Positions 45,149 to 53,733 of a DNA stretch of 64,000 nucleotides are shown one piece after another. The notes beneath the pieces were generated by a model. It was given only the letters and a program-made list of their open reading frames with translations, was not told the DNA's origin and did no database searches. Numbering within the stretch: the stretch's first letter is position 1; each line of letters opens with the position of its first letter. Position numbers and translations under genes: made by a program. The stretch spans positions 4,661 to 68,660 of the forward strand of contig WTGH01000015.1 of assembly GCA_011523655.1 (NCBI GenBank), in the 5' to 3' direction. Source of the DNA: Rhodospirillaceae bacterium (GTDB lineage Bacteria > Pseudomonadota > Alphaproteobacteria > Bin65).

Positions 45149-45276
45149 CGCCCCTCGATACGGCGCTGACGCGCCTACTCGGGATGAGGGGAATGGTGTT
45201 TGAGCCACTCCCTTCCCCTCATCCTGAGTAGCCGCCGAAGGCGGCGTATCGAAGGGCGGGGCGTATCGAAGGGCCG
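45149..45276. repeat. family-A intergenic mosaic repeat, copy 1
   Basis: CCCTCGATACGGCGCTGACGCGCCTACTCGGGATGAGGG...CCCTCATCCTGAGTAGCC...GGCGTATCGAAGGG, with the right arm duplicated. It lies between convergent genes. Confidence 0.8.
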
Positions 45277-45287
45277 GGTTACGGCGC

Positions 45288-46397
45288 TCAACTCCGCCAG
45301 CGCAGGACCGTCTCCGTCACCGGGTTGCGGAAATCGCGGCCCTCGTCGCGGGAGGCCGTCAGTTCCTTCTTCAGCGCCATGTACCATTTCGCCGGCGTGT
45401 CGGCATCGGGCAGCAGCATGGCGGCGTCCGACTTTTTGCGGCCCTCGCGCTGCCGGTTCATCGCCGTGCGGTCCTGGTTCAGGAAGTTGCGCGTGACCGG
45501 GATCGCGATCGGCTTGGCCAGCGTCATCAGCGGATGCGACCAGTACATGACGTGGTGCATCGCCGTGCGGTACTCCGAAACCGGGGTCATTGCCGTCACG
45601 CCGACATAAGTGTGCCGGTCGCCCAGGGTCATGTGCTCGACGCGCACGCCGGGCAGCCGGAAGCTTATCTCCACCGTCTTCTCGCCGCGCAGCATGCGGA
45701 TGATGCGGCTGTTGGCGCTCGGCGCGTGGCGCACCATGGTGAAGCCGAGCTCCGACGGCGCATAGCGCTTGGCCTTTTCCGTCAGCGTCTTCGACGAGCG
45801 CCACCACCAGTTGCGGTGGACATAGGCGCCGTGGGCCGGATCGATCAGGCCGATCACGGCGTCGTCGAAATGGCATTCCAGGTCCAGGGTCTCGGCGATG
45901 CCGGGCCGGCCGCGCGCCGGGATCTCGGGCGGCGGCGGCAGTCCTTCGTCGGCCGCGCCGCCGTCGTCGCCCATATAGACCCAGATCAGGTGCTGCGCCT
46001 CGCGGCAGGGATAGGATTTGGTCCCGATCCGGTCGAGCCGGACCGAATCGCGATAGTCCTCGACCAGCGAGGGAATGTTGCGGCACACGCCGTCGGTGCC
46101 GAACTGCCAGCCGTGATAGGCGCAGGTCACCGTCTCGCCGTCGAACCGGCCGGCAGAGAGCGGCATGGCCCGGTGCGGGCAGATATCGCGCAGGGCGAAG
46201 ACCGCGCCGGCATTGTCGCGGCCGATCAGGACCGGTTCGTCCAGCAGGGTGCGGTGCACCGCCGTGCCGCGCCTGAGCCGCGTGCCGGGCATGGCGAGAT
46301 ACCACAGGCCGCGCGGCGCCGTCGGAACGCCGCCCCCTTCGCCGCCGGCTGCTCCGCTGCGCATTTCCGACGGGAGTACCGGCGCGCTGTCGCCCAT
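45288..46397 (-). CDS. Rieske [2Fe-2S] oxygenase (PaO/vanillate-demethylase-like single-component alpha)
   Basis: The ATG at 46397 is preceded by GGAGAGG and gives 369 aa. Rieske motif CPHR...CAYHGWQF. Confidence 0.85.
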   Translation of the reverse strand: MGDSAPVLPSEMRSGAAGGEGGGVPTAPRGLWYLAMPGTRLRRGTAVHRTLLDEPVLIGRDNAGAVFALRDICPHRAMPLSAGRFDGETVTCAYHGWQFGTDGVCRNIPSLVEDYRDSVRLDRIGTKSYPCREAQHLIWVYMGDDGGAADEGLPPPPEIPARGRPGIAETLDLECHFDDAVIGLIDPAHGAYVHRNWWWRSSKTLTEKAKRYAPSELGFTMVRHAPSANSRIIRMLRGEKTVEISFRLPGVRVEHMTLGDRHTYVGVTAMTPVSEYRTAMHHVMYWSHPLMTLAKPIAIPVTRNFLNQDRTAMNRQREGRKKSDAAMLLPDADTPAKWYMALKKELTASRDEGRDFRNPVTETVLRWRS

Positions 46398-46459
46398 CTG
46401 CCTCTCCGCCTTCCAACCCGCGCTCCCGGCCGCCGCCGCGGCGCGGGACCGGGGCCGGT

Positions 46460-47674
46460 CTAGGCGCCCATCCGCGCCTGCAGGCCCTCGTCCAGCTTCT
46501 CGAGGAAGCCGTTGGTGGTCAGCCATTCCTGGTCCGGCCCGATCAGCAGGGCCAGGTCCTTGGTCATATGGCCGCTCTCGACGGTCTCGACGCAGACCTG
46601 CTCCAGCGTTTCGGCGAAGTCCGAAACCGCGGGCGTCTCGTCCATCCGGCCGCGGAATTTCAGGCCGCGGGTCCAGGCGAAGATCGAGGCGATCGGGTTG
46701 GTCGAGGTCTCCCGGCCCTGCTGGTGCTGGCGATAGTGGCGGGTCACCGTGCCGTGCGCCGCCTCGGCCTCCACGGTCTTGCCGTCGGCGGTCATCAGCA
46801 CCGAGGTCATCAGGCCGAGCGAGCCGAAGCCCTGGGCCACGGTATCCGATTGCACGTCGCCGTCGTAATTCTTGCAGGCCCAGACGAAGCCGCCGGACCA
46901 TTTGAGCGCCTGGGCCACCATGTCGTCGATCAGCCGGTGCTCGTAGCCGATGCCGGCTTCCTTGAATTTATCCGCGAAGTCGGCCTCGAAGACCTCCTGG
47001 AACAGGTCCTTGAAGCGGCCGTCATAGGCTTTCATGATCGTGTTCTTGGTCGACAGGTATACGTCGCAGTTCCGGCTCAGCCCGTAGTTGAGCGAGGCGC
47101 GGGCGAAGTCCCGGATCGACGCGTCCAGGTTGTACATCGCCATCGTCACGCCGCCGCCGGGGAAGTCGTAGACCTCGCGCTCGATGGTCGTGCCGTCGTC
47201 GCCGTCGAAGCGGATCGTCAGCTTGCCGCTGCCCGGCACGACGAAATCGGTCGCGCGATACTGGTCGCCGAAGGCGTGGCGGCCGATGATGATCGGCTCG
47301 GTCCAGCCCGGCACCAGGCGCGGCACGTTGCGGCAGATGATCGGCTCGCGGAACACGGTGCCGCCCAGGATGTTGCGGATCGTGCCGTTGGGCGATTTCC
47401 ACATCTGCTTGAGGCCGAACTCCTCGACCCTCGCCTCGTCCGGCGTGATGGTCGCGCATTTGACGCCGACGCCGTGCTCCCGGATCGCGTTGGCGGCATC
47501 GACGGTAATCCGGTCGTCGGTTTCGTCGCGCTTCTGGATGCTCAGGTCGTAATAGTGCAGGTCGATATCGAGATAGGGCAGGATCAGCTTGTCCTTGATG
47601 AACTGCCAGATGATCCGGGTCATCTCATCGCCGTCGATCTCGATAACCGGCCGGGCGACCTTGATTTTGCTCAT
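46460..47674 (-). CDS. icd: NADP-dependent isocitrate dehydrogenase (dimeric, eukaryote-like type)
   Basis: 404 aa. Highly characteristic sequence ([21 protein letters not shown]..., [10 protein letters not shown]). Confidence 0.95.
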   Translation of the reverse strand: MSKIKVARPVIEIDGDEMTRIIWQFIKDKLILPYLDIDLHYYDLSIQKRDETDDRITVDAANAIREHGVGVKCATITPDEARVEEFGLKQMWKSPNGTIRNILGGTVFREPIICRNVPRLVPGWTEPIIIGRHAFGDQYRATDFVVPGSGKLTIRFDGDDGTTIEREVYDFPGGGVTMAMYNLDASIRDFARASLNYGLSRNCDVYLSTKNTIMKAYDGRFKDLFQEVFEADFADKFKEAGIGYEHRLIDDMVAQALKWSGGFVWACKNYDGDVQSDTVAQGFGSLGLMTSVLMTADGKTVEAEAAHGTVTRHYRQHQQGRETSTNPIASIFAWTRGLKFRGRMDETPAVSDFAETLEQVCVETVESGHMTKDLALLIGPDQEWLTTNGFLEKLDEGLQARMGA

Positions 47675-47772
47675 GTCGAAGTGTCCAGAATTAGCGGAGG
47701 CGGATCATTGGAGGGGTGCGCCGCCGGTGCGACGGGGGCGCTGTCGCAGGATGGCGCCGAACGTCCGGCCGG

Positions 47773-48426
47773 TCATTCCCGGGGCGTCACCCAGGTCGAC
47801 CACGCGGCCCGCTCGCTGCGCTTGTCGCGCATGCCGCCGGGAATGCGCTCGCCGCCGTCGTTCGGAAACACGAACACGGCGCCGAGCAGGATCTGCTGCG
47901 CCGGGATGCCGAGCAAGTCGAAGGTGGCGGCGTCGCGCAGGTAGCCGCCGCTCGACCAGTAGGTCGTCAGCCCCCGTTCGGTCGCCGCAAGCAGGAAGGA
48001 CTGCACGGCGGCGCTCGCCGCCGCGATATGCTCCATGTTCGCCATCGTGGGATCGAACAGGCCGCCGTTCAGGCCGTCGTCGCCGTTTTCCGGCGGATTG
48101 GGCAACCAGGTCGCGAGGATCAGCGCCTGGGCCGCGGCGAGCATCTGCGGCACGCGGCCGGCCTTTTCGGCGTTGTCCTGAACGAAACCGATCAGGCGCC
48201 GGCAGGTCGCGGCGTCGGCGAGATGGAAGCGCCAGGGCTCGATGGTCCGGGTGCCGCGCCAGTGGACCCGGTGCGCCGGCTTGTGAAACGGCGCCCACCC
48301 CGCCAGGGCAATGAGCGATTCGATGGTCTCTCGGTCGGTCTCGGGCGCGGCCGGGCGCTCGGGATCGAACATGACCTTGGTGGTCTTGCGCGTCGTGAGG
48401 ATATCGGCAACGGGGTATGACGGCAT
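47773..48426 (-). CDS. nitroreductase-family protein
   Basis: The ATG at 48426 gives 217 aa (MPSYPVADILTTRKTTKVM...WAPFHK...). The upstream part of the 457-aa track ORF is an Arg-rich artefact that overlaps the LOG gene. Confidence 0.7.
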   Translation of the reverse strand: MPSYPVADILTTRKTTKVMFDPERPAAPETDRETIESLIALAGWAPFHKPAHRVHWRGTRTIEPWRFHLADAATCRRLIGFVQDNAEKAGRVPQMLAAAQALILATWLPNPPENGDDGLNGGLFDPTMANMEHIAAASAAVQSFLLAATERGLTTYWSSGGYLRDAATFDLLGIPAQQILLGAVFVFPNDGGERIPGGMRDKRSERAAWSTWVTPRE

Positions 48427-48506
48427 GGCGGCGGCCTTTCCTGACGGACCGGTGGCGACAATATCGGGCAGCGGGACCGGTTTTTCGAGCGGCGGTTCGG
48501 CGCGGG

Positions 48507-49070
48507 CTACGGCCCGGCGGCGTCCAGCACGGCGAAGACGTCCTCCACCGACCGGACGACGGTCATCAGCGAGAGATGCGCCGGATCGACGAAGCCGTGT
48601 TCGACCTGCGCGTTGAGCAGGTCGAGCAGCGGCTGCCAGTATCCGCCGATATCCGCCAGCACGATCGGCTTGTCGTGGAACCGAAGCTGGCGCCAGGTGA
48701 GGATCTCGAAGGTCTCGTCGAGGGTGCCGAGGCCGCCCGGGAGCGAGACGAACGCGTCCGACAGTTTCGCCATCAGGAGCTTGCGTTCGTGCATCGAGTC
48801 CACGACATGCAGTTCGCTCACGGCGCGGTGGCCGTGCTCGCGCACTTCCAGATCGCGCGGGATGATGCCGGTCACCCGTCCGCCCGCAGCCATGGCGGCA
48901 TCGGCGGCCGCGCCCATGAGGCCGACATTGCCGCCGCCGTAGACCATTTCGATGCCGCGCGCCGCCAGGCCGGCGCCGAGGGCCGCCGCGGCCTCTTTCC
49001 ACGCGGGTTCGTTGCCGCTGCGCGAGCCGCAATAGACGCAGACGGCGCGGGGGTACCGGCTCACGGGCAT
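48507..49070 (-). CDS. LOG family (TIGR00730) nucleotide 5'-monophosphate nucleosidase / cytokinin riboside-5'-monophosphate phosphoribohydrolase
   Basis: The ATG at 49070 gives 187 aa. Motifs GGGNVGLMG and PGGLGTLDE. Confidence 0.85.
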   Translation of the reverse strand: MPVSRYPRAVCVYCGSRSGNEPAWKEAAAALGAGLAARGIEMVYGGGNVGLMGAAADAAMAAGGRVTGIIPRDLEVREHGHRAVSELHVVDSMHERKLLMAKLSDAFVSLPGGLGTLDETFEILTWRQLRFHDKPIVLADIGGYWQPLLDLLNAQVEHGFVDPAHLSLMTVVRSVEDVFAVLDAAGP

Positions 49071-49131
49071 GTCCTTTCGAGGCGGCGGAGGGAGATTGGC
49101 ATTCGGCGCTTGCGCCCGATTCACACGCCGC

Positions 49132-49146
49132 TTGACGCCCTGTCAA
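49132..49146. promoter_or_regulatory. TTGAC-N5-GTCAA palindrome in the LOG / cytochrome c' divergent region
   Basis: TTGACGCCCTGTCAA resembles a CRP/FNR-type half-site pair, but the spacing is 1 nt longer than the canonical TTGAT-N4-ATCAA. Confidence 0.2.
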
Positions 49147-49291
49147 TGACCCGCTTCCGCAGCTGTCTCGCAGAAAACGATACGCCGCGATCCAATTCCC
49201 GGGCTCAAGAGCCGTGCGGTCGTCCGCGAGGCACTGTATAGTGGCGCTTCATCTGCCGTTCGGCGCGGCGGGACCGGTCATGGAGGAGACG

Positions 49292-49771
49292 ATGGCGAAA
49301 CAGTCCCATACGAAACGAGCGATTGCCGGCATCCTGCTCGCCGGGGCAATCCTTTCGGGCGCAATCCTGTCCGCGCCGGCGCAGGCCCTCGATCCCGGCG
49401 ACGCGATCCAGACCCGCAAGGCGGTCATGGCGTCGATCGGCGCCCATATGAACGGCATCAAGGCCGGCATGGCGGCGAAAAACGGCAAGCTCGTCGCCGG
49501 ACACGCCGGCGCAATCGCGGCGCTGGCGCCCATCCTTCCCGGCCTGTTTCCCAAGGGAAGCGGCCCGGAATCCGGCGAGACCCGGGCGAAGGCGGAAATC
49601 TGGCAGCAGTGGGACAGGTTCGTCGCCACGACGAAGGCGCTACGGAAGGAAGCCGAGGAGCTGGCCCTGGTCACGGAGCTTGGCGACACGGCCGAGATCG
49701 CCGCCCAGTTCGGCACGATGGCGCGGGCCGGCTGCGGCGCCTGCCACCAACCCTTCCGCACGCGGAAGTAG
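49292..49771 (+). CDS. cytochrome c' (class II cytochrome c)
   Basis: The ATG at 49292 follows GGAGGAG and gives 159 aa with a signal peptide, a four-helix-type sequence and a C-terminal haem motif CGACH. Confidence 0.8.
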   Translation: MAKQSHTKRAIAGILLAGAILSGAILSAPAQALDPGDAIQTRKAVMASIGAHMNGIKAGMAAKNGKLVAGHAGAIAALAPILPGLFPKGSGPESGETRAKAEIWQQWDRFVATTKALRKEAEELALVTELGDTAEIAAQFGTMARAGCGACHQPFRTRK

Positions 49772-49818
49772 CAGCGAATTTACCGGGTCGCCCTGCCACG
49801 CGCCGTTCGTCGCGTCAT

Positions 49819-49998
49819 CGTCATATCGACCGGAACGGCCCGCAAGCGCCCGCCTCTCCCGTCATTTCGACCGGAGCGGTTCGCAGAACCGCGAAGTGGA
49901 GAAATCTTTCGCCCGCGGCGCTCCGGTCCTGGCACCGCGCGTGAAAGATATCTCCGCTCCGCCCCGGATGAATCCGGGGCTGCGGTCGATATGACGGT
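49819..49998. repeat. family-B intergenic mosaic repeat, nested copy
   Basis: Outer arms are CGTCATATCGACCGG / CGGTCGATATGACG. The inner part is CCGTCATTTCGACCGGAGCGG...GGAGAAATCTTTC...GAAAGATATCTCCGCTCCGCCCCGGATGAATCC. Confidence 0.8.
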
Positions 49999-50048
49999 TG
50001 GCGAATCGGTGCTGCAAATCGACTGAAAACAGCCGGACGCTGCGGCCC

Positions 50049-50642
50049 TCAGATCGTAAGGCTCGGATTACGGAGGTTCCGGTCGCAGTCGATCAGGTTG
50101 ACCTGCTTGGCGAGGATCGAAAAGCCGCCGCCGATCTCCTGCAACCGGTGCCCGGCCCAACCGGCCCAGTGGCGCATGTCGCCGTCGAGCAGTTCGGCGA
50201 TGTGGAAATTCGAGCGCGCCATGACGATGCCGGCGTCGCCGGTCGCGAACAGCTCGACATTGGAGACCGAGCGCACGGTCCTGCTTTCGGGGCTCTGCGA
50301 CCAGGCATAGCCGGTGCGCAGCCGGTAGACCCGGTCCTCGAGCTGGCGGCGGTCGTGGAAGGCGACGGTGATCTCCCGCCGCGGATCGCCCATTTCGGGC
50401 GTACCGGGAATCCAGTAAGCGCATTCGGGCGCGAAGAGCGCCAGCCAGTCCTCGAGACGGCCCCGGTCGAGCAGGCGGGCCTCGCGTTCGAGAAAAGCGC
50501 GGGCGGCATCGCGCCGGGCCGGGTCGGAAATCGCAAGCTCGTCCCGATCCCAATCGGTGAAAGCCTCGACCAGGTCCCGGTAGAAGGCGTCGCCGACATA
50601 CCAGGAGCTTGCCGACGGATCGCGCTCCGCCGCCGCCCCCAT
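50049..50642 (-). CDS. aromatic-ring-hydroxylating dioxygenase beta (small) subunit
   Basis: The ATG at 50642 overlaps the alpha-subunit stop (ATGA) and gives 197 aa. SnoaL/NTF2-like small-subunit sequence (YRLRTGYAWSQSP...). Confidence 0.85.
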   Translation of the reverse strand: MGAAAERDPSASSWYVGDAFYRDLVEAFTDWDRDELAISDPARRDAARAFLEREARLLDRGRLEDWLALFAPECAYWIPGTPEMGDPRREITVAFHDRRQLEDRVYRLRTGYAWSQSPESRTVRSVSNVELFATGDAGIVMARSNFHIAELLDGDMRHWAGWAGHRLQEIGGGFSILAKQVNLIDCDRNLRNPSLTI

Positions 50643-52006
50643 CAGGAAACGTCCCGGGTCGGCGCGATGTTCGGCTCGGTCTGCATCAGCCGGCGGTAGA
50701 CCCGCATATAGTCGCGCATGAAGACCTCGTCGGTCGCCGGGCCGACGGTCGTACCGTCGCCGGCCGCGCTGTAGCGCTCGGGCAGGCCGAGGCCGCGGTG
50801 CATGTAGATCCACGCGTCCTCCTCGGCGGCGAGCCCGGCCTGGATCTGCTCGAAATTGGCCAGATCGTCGACCTCGCCGAAGGTCGGGAACTGCTCCTGG
50901 GTGCGCATGCGCAGGGCGTTGACCGGGCCCAGCGCGTCGCCGAGTTCGCCGTCCGGATCGACCACGGCGGTGCCGTACCAGGTCGTCGCGGTCTCCGTGA
51001 CCGACAGGGGCTCGCTGACCTGGATATGGTTGCCCAGGATATGCAGGTTCGGAAACACGTTGATGTTGACCGGCTCCGACGACGCCAGGTCGAGAAAGGC
51101 GTCCGCCCGGTCGGGAAAGTCCCGGCGCAGGGCCGCCTCATAGTGCTCCATGCCGGGATGCAGTCCCTCGATCGCCCACAGGGCGCCGGGGCGCTTCGGA
51201 ATCGCGTCGCGCTTGTCCTTGAAATGATGGGCGTTGGGAAAGGAATAGAGCTTCACCGGCCCGGTGTCCGGGCTGTCCTTGTAGTAGGACATGCCCTTGC
51301 CGTCGCCCTCCTGGAAGCGGTTTTCCATCATCAGCAGCGAGCGGTGGGAAAAGACGACGTGGTAGCCGTCGGCGGAGTTGTCGTAGAGCAGCTTCCAGTT
51401 GCCGTTGAACTTCAGCCGGTTGGCCTCGCGCACCTCCAGCGCGCCGCCGGGATGGCGGTCGAGCCATTCGTCGAGCGGCCGCCGCACCGGGCCGAGATAG
51501 TCGATCAGCCCGGGCGCGTCGGCGTTCAGGGTGGCGAAGATCAGGCCGCGGTAGCTTTCGACCCGCGGCACCTGCATCAGGTTGAATTCGGGCCGGGAAA
51601 AATCGCAACTGTAGCCGTCCGGCCAGGGCACGCCGGAGAGCTTGCCGGTGTTGAGGTAGGTCCAGCCGTGATAGGGGCACTGGAACGCCTTGGCCGAGCC
51701 CCTGTCCTGCCGGCAGACGGTGGCGCCGCGATGGGTGCAGCGGTTGTAGAGCGCACGCAGGACGCCGTTCGAATCGCGCACCACGATGAGCGGGCGGCGG
51801 CCGAGCCGGGCGCGCACGAAATCGTTGGGCTGCGGCACCTGGCTCTCGTGGGCCAGATAGACCCAGACCGCGCCGAAGATGCGCGTCATCTCCAGGTCGA
51901 AGATCGCCGGATCGGTATAGAGCGACCGATGCACCCTGTCCTCATGGACCAGGGCATCGAAGTCGAAGACCCGCTCGGGCAGGATCGGTTTCTGCTGCGT
52001 CGTCAT
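50642..52006 (-). CDS. Rieske aromatic-ring-hydroxylating dioxygenase alpha (large) subunit
   Basis: 454 aa. Rieske motif CTHRG...CPYHGW and a catalytic domain with His/Asp ligand region. Confidence 0.9.
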   Translation of the reverse strand: MTTQQKPILPERVFDFDALVHEDRVHRSLYTDPAIFDLEMTRIFGAVWVYLAHESQVPQPNDFVRARLGRRPLIVVRDSNGVLRALYNRCTHRGATVCRQDRGSAKAFQCPYHGWTYLNTGKLSGVPWPDGYSCDFSRPEFNLMQVPRVESYRGLIFATLNADAPGLIDYLGPVRRPLDEWLDRHPGGALEVREANRLKFNGNWKLLYDNSADGYHVVFSHRSLLMMENRFQEGDGKGMSYYKDSPDTGPVKLYSFPNAHHFKDKRDAIPKRPGALWAIEGLHPGMEHYEAALRRDFPDRADAFLDLASSEPVNINVFPNLHILGNHIQVSEPLSVTETATTWYGTAVVDPDGELGDALGPVNALRMRTQEQFPTFGEVDDLANFEQIQAGLAAEEDAWIYMHRGLGLPERYSAAGDGTTVGPATDEVFMRDYMRVYRRLMQTEPNIAPTRDVS

Positions 52007-52027
52007 CGGCGCCTCCCGGGCTGTCCG

Positions 52028-53524
52028 TCAGAACGCATCGAAATACTCGTTGACCTCCCACTCGGTGACGCCGGCGGCGGGATCGACGCCGGTTTCGGAG
52101 AGGAAAGCGTCGAAGCGGGCCATCTCCGCCCGTTTCAGAGCCAGATAATAGCCGATATAGGCGTCGCCGAAAGCGTCGCGGTAAAGCAGCGACTGTTCCA
52201 GGGCTTCGAGCGCCGCTGGCAGGCCAGTCGGCAGCATCGGGCGGTCGGCGGTATAGGGCGCGTCGTCGGCGGGCCAGGGTTCGGCTTCCCGCGCGACGCC
52301 GTCCAGCCCGGCGGCGACCTGCGCGGCGATGAAGAGATAGGGGTTGGCGGCCGGTTCGCCGGTCCGGTTCTCGTAGCGCGTCGCCGGATCGCCCGCGCCG
52401 CCCAGCACCCGCACCATCGCGCCGCGATGGTCGAAACCCCAGGTCACGCGGTCGGGGGCGAGCGAAAACGGCCGGAACCGGCGATAGCCGTTGACGGTCG
52501 GCGATCCGAACACGACGCCCGCCACGGCATGTTCGAGCAGGCCGGCGAGGAAATTGCGCCCGAGCGGCGACAGATGATCGGGCCCGGCTTCCGGCATGAG
52601 CGCGTTGGCGCCGCTCCCGTCACGCAGGGAAAAATGCAGGTGCCAGCCGCTCGGATACAGCCCGCGCCGGCCCGGCGCCGCCATGAAGCTCGCCAAATGG
52701 CCCATCCGCCGGCAGATCTGCCGGGTCGCGGTGCGGAACAGGATATAGTCGTCCGCGGCGCGCATGGCGTCCCCGGGCGCAAAGGTGCATTCGACCTGCC
52801 CCGCGCCCCACTCGTTCTCGATCGAGCGCAGGCCCAGCCCCAGGGCATCGTAGTGCGAAACCAGCGTGCTCATCGCCGGCTGCATCAGGTCGAGGTTGCT
52901 TTCGCTGTGATAGGAGAAGCCGGAATCGTGCGGCGCCACGGGCAAAGGCCGGCCGCGCTCCCCGAGGATGCCGAGATTCTCCTCGCCGAGCGTGTCGTCC
53001 AGCAGCTTGAGGAGGTACCACTCCACTTCGACGCCGACGATGGCACTCAGACCGCGCGCCGCCAGCGTATCGAGCGTCCGGCGCAGCAGGCGGCGGGCGG
53101 AAAAGTGAAACGGCGCGCCGTCGCCGAAATATTCGTCGCACAGGACCCAGCCGACGCCCGGCGCCCACGGCAATATGCGGAACGTCGCCGGATCGGGCAC
53201 GGCGACCAGGTTGGGCGAACCGGTCATCTCCGGCAGGTCCATGCCGCCGCCCGGCGTGAAGGAGGCGAAAACGCGGCTGCCGGAAGCGTCGAGCGTCCAC
53301 AGCGCCACGTTGATGTTGTGGCCGTCGGCGAGCGCGGCCTCGAAGGCCGGCAGGGTCAGCGCCTTGGCGCGGACATGGCCGTGGCTGTCGGACCAGGCGA
53401 GCCGCACCAGTTGCAGCTTCTCGGCCCGCGCCCGCGCGGCAATCTCCCGGGCGCAGCGCGCCTGGTCGTCGGTCCACAGGCCGTGGCGGGCGATGAAGCC
53501 TTCCGGTTCGGATCGATCGGTCAT
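52028..53524 (-). CDS. glutamine synthetase-like protein (gamma-glutamyl-amine ligase type, PuuA/TdnQ-like)
   Basis: 498 aa, with GS beta-grasp and catalytic-domain-like sequence. It sits directly upstream of the dioxygenase alpha and beta genes. Confidence 0.8.
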   Translation of the reverse strand: MTDRSEPEGFIARHGLWTDDQARCAREIAARARAEKLQLVRLAWSDSHGHVRAKALTLPAFEAALADGHNINVALWTLDASGSRVFASFTPGGGMDLPEMTGSPNLVAVPDPATFRILPWAPGVGWVLCDEYFGDGAPFHFSARRLLRRTLDTLAARGLSAIVGVEVEWYLLKLLDDTLGEENLGILGERGRPLPVAPHDSGFSYHSESNLDLMQPAMSTLVSHYDALGLGLRSIENEWGAGQVECTFAPGDAMRAADDYILFRTATRQICRRMGHLASFMAAPGRRGLYPSGWHLHFSLRDGSGANALMPEAGPDHLSPLGRNFLAGLLEHAVAGVVFGSPTVNGYRRFRPFSLAPDRVTWGFDHRGAMVRVLGGAGDPATRYENRTGEPAANPYLFIAAQVAAGLDGVAREAEPWPADDAPYTADRPMLPTGLPAALEALEQSLLYRDAFGDAYIGYYLALKRAEMARFDAFLSETGVDPAAGVTEWEVNEYFDAF

Positions 53525-53580
53525 TGCGCCGGGCAGACTATCGCATATCCGCTTCAGCTTGAACCGCAGCGGTGCGGCGT

Positions 53581-53722
53581 CCCCTTCGACAAGCTCAGAG
53601 CAGGCCCTTCGATACGCCCCGGCCGGGGGCCGGGGCTACTCAGGGTGAGGGTGAAGGGGAATGAACCCATTACACACCCTCATCCCGAGTAGGCGCGCGC
53701 CAGCGCGCCGTATCGAGGGGCG
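53581..53722. repeat. family-A intergenic mosaic repeat, copy 2 (inverted relative to copies 1 and 3)
   Basis: Its reverse complement aligns closely with copy 3, including CCTACTCGGGATGAGGG...CACCCTCACCCTGAGTAGCCCCGGCCCCCGGCCGGGGCGTATCGAAGGGCCTGC. Confidence 0.8.
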
Positions 53723-53733
53723 CGCCGTCCCCT

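Noticed and set aside
50609-53692. 1027-aa plus-strand ORF, the longest ORF in the window
   Set aside because: It is antisense to three well-supported minus-strand genes (dioxygenase beta, dioxygenase alpha, GS-like). Its composition is extremely Arg/Ala/Gly/Pro/His-rich with no recognisable domain. Its ends run into a mosaic repeat. This is a typical stop-poor antisense frame of high-G+C DNA.
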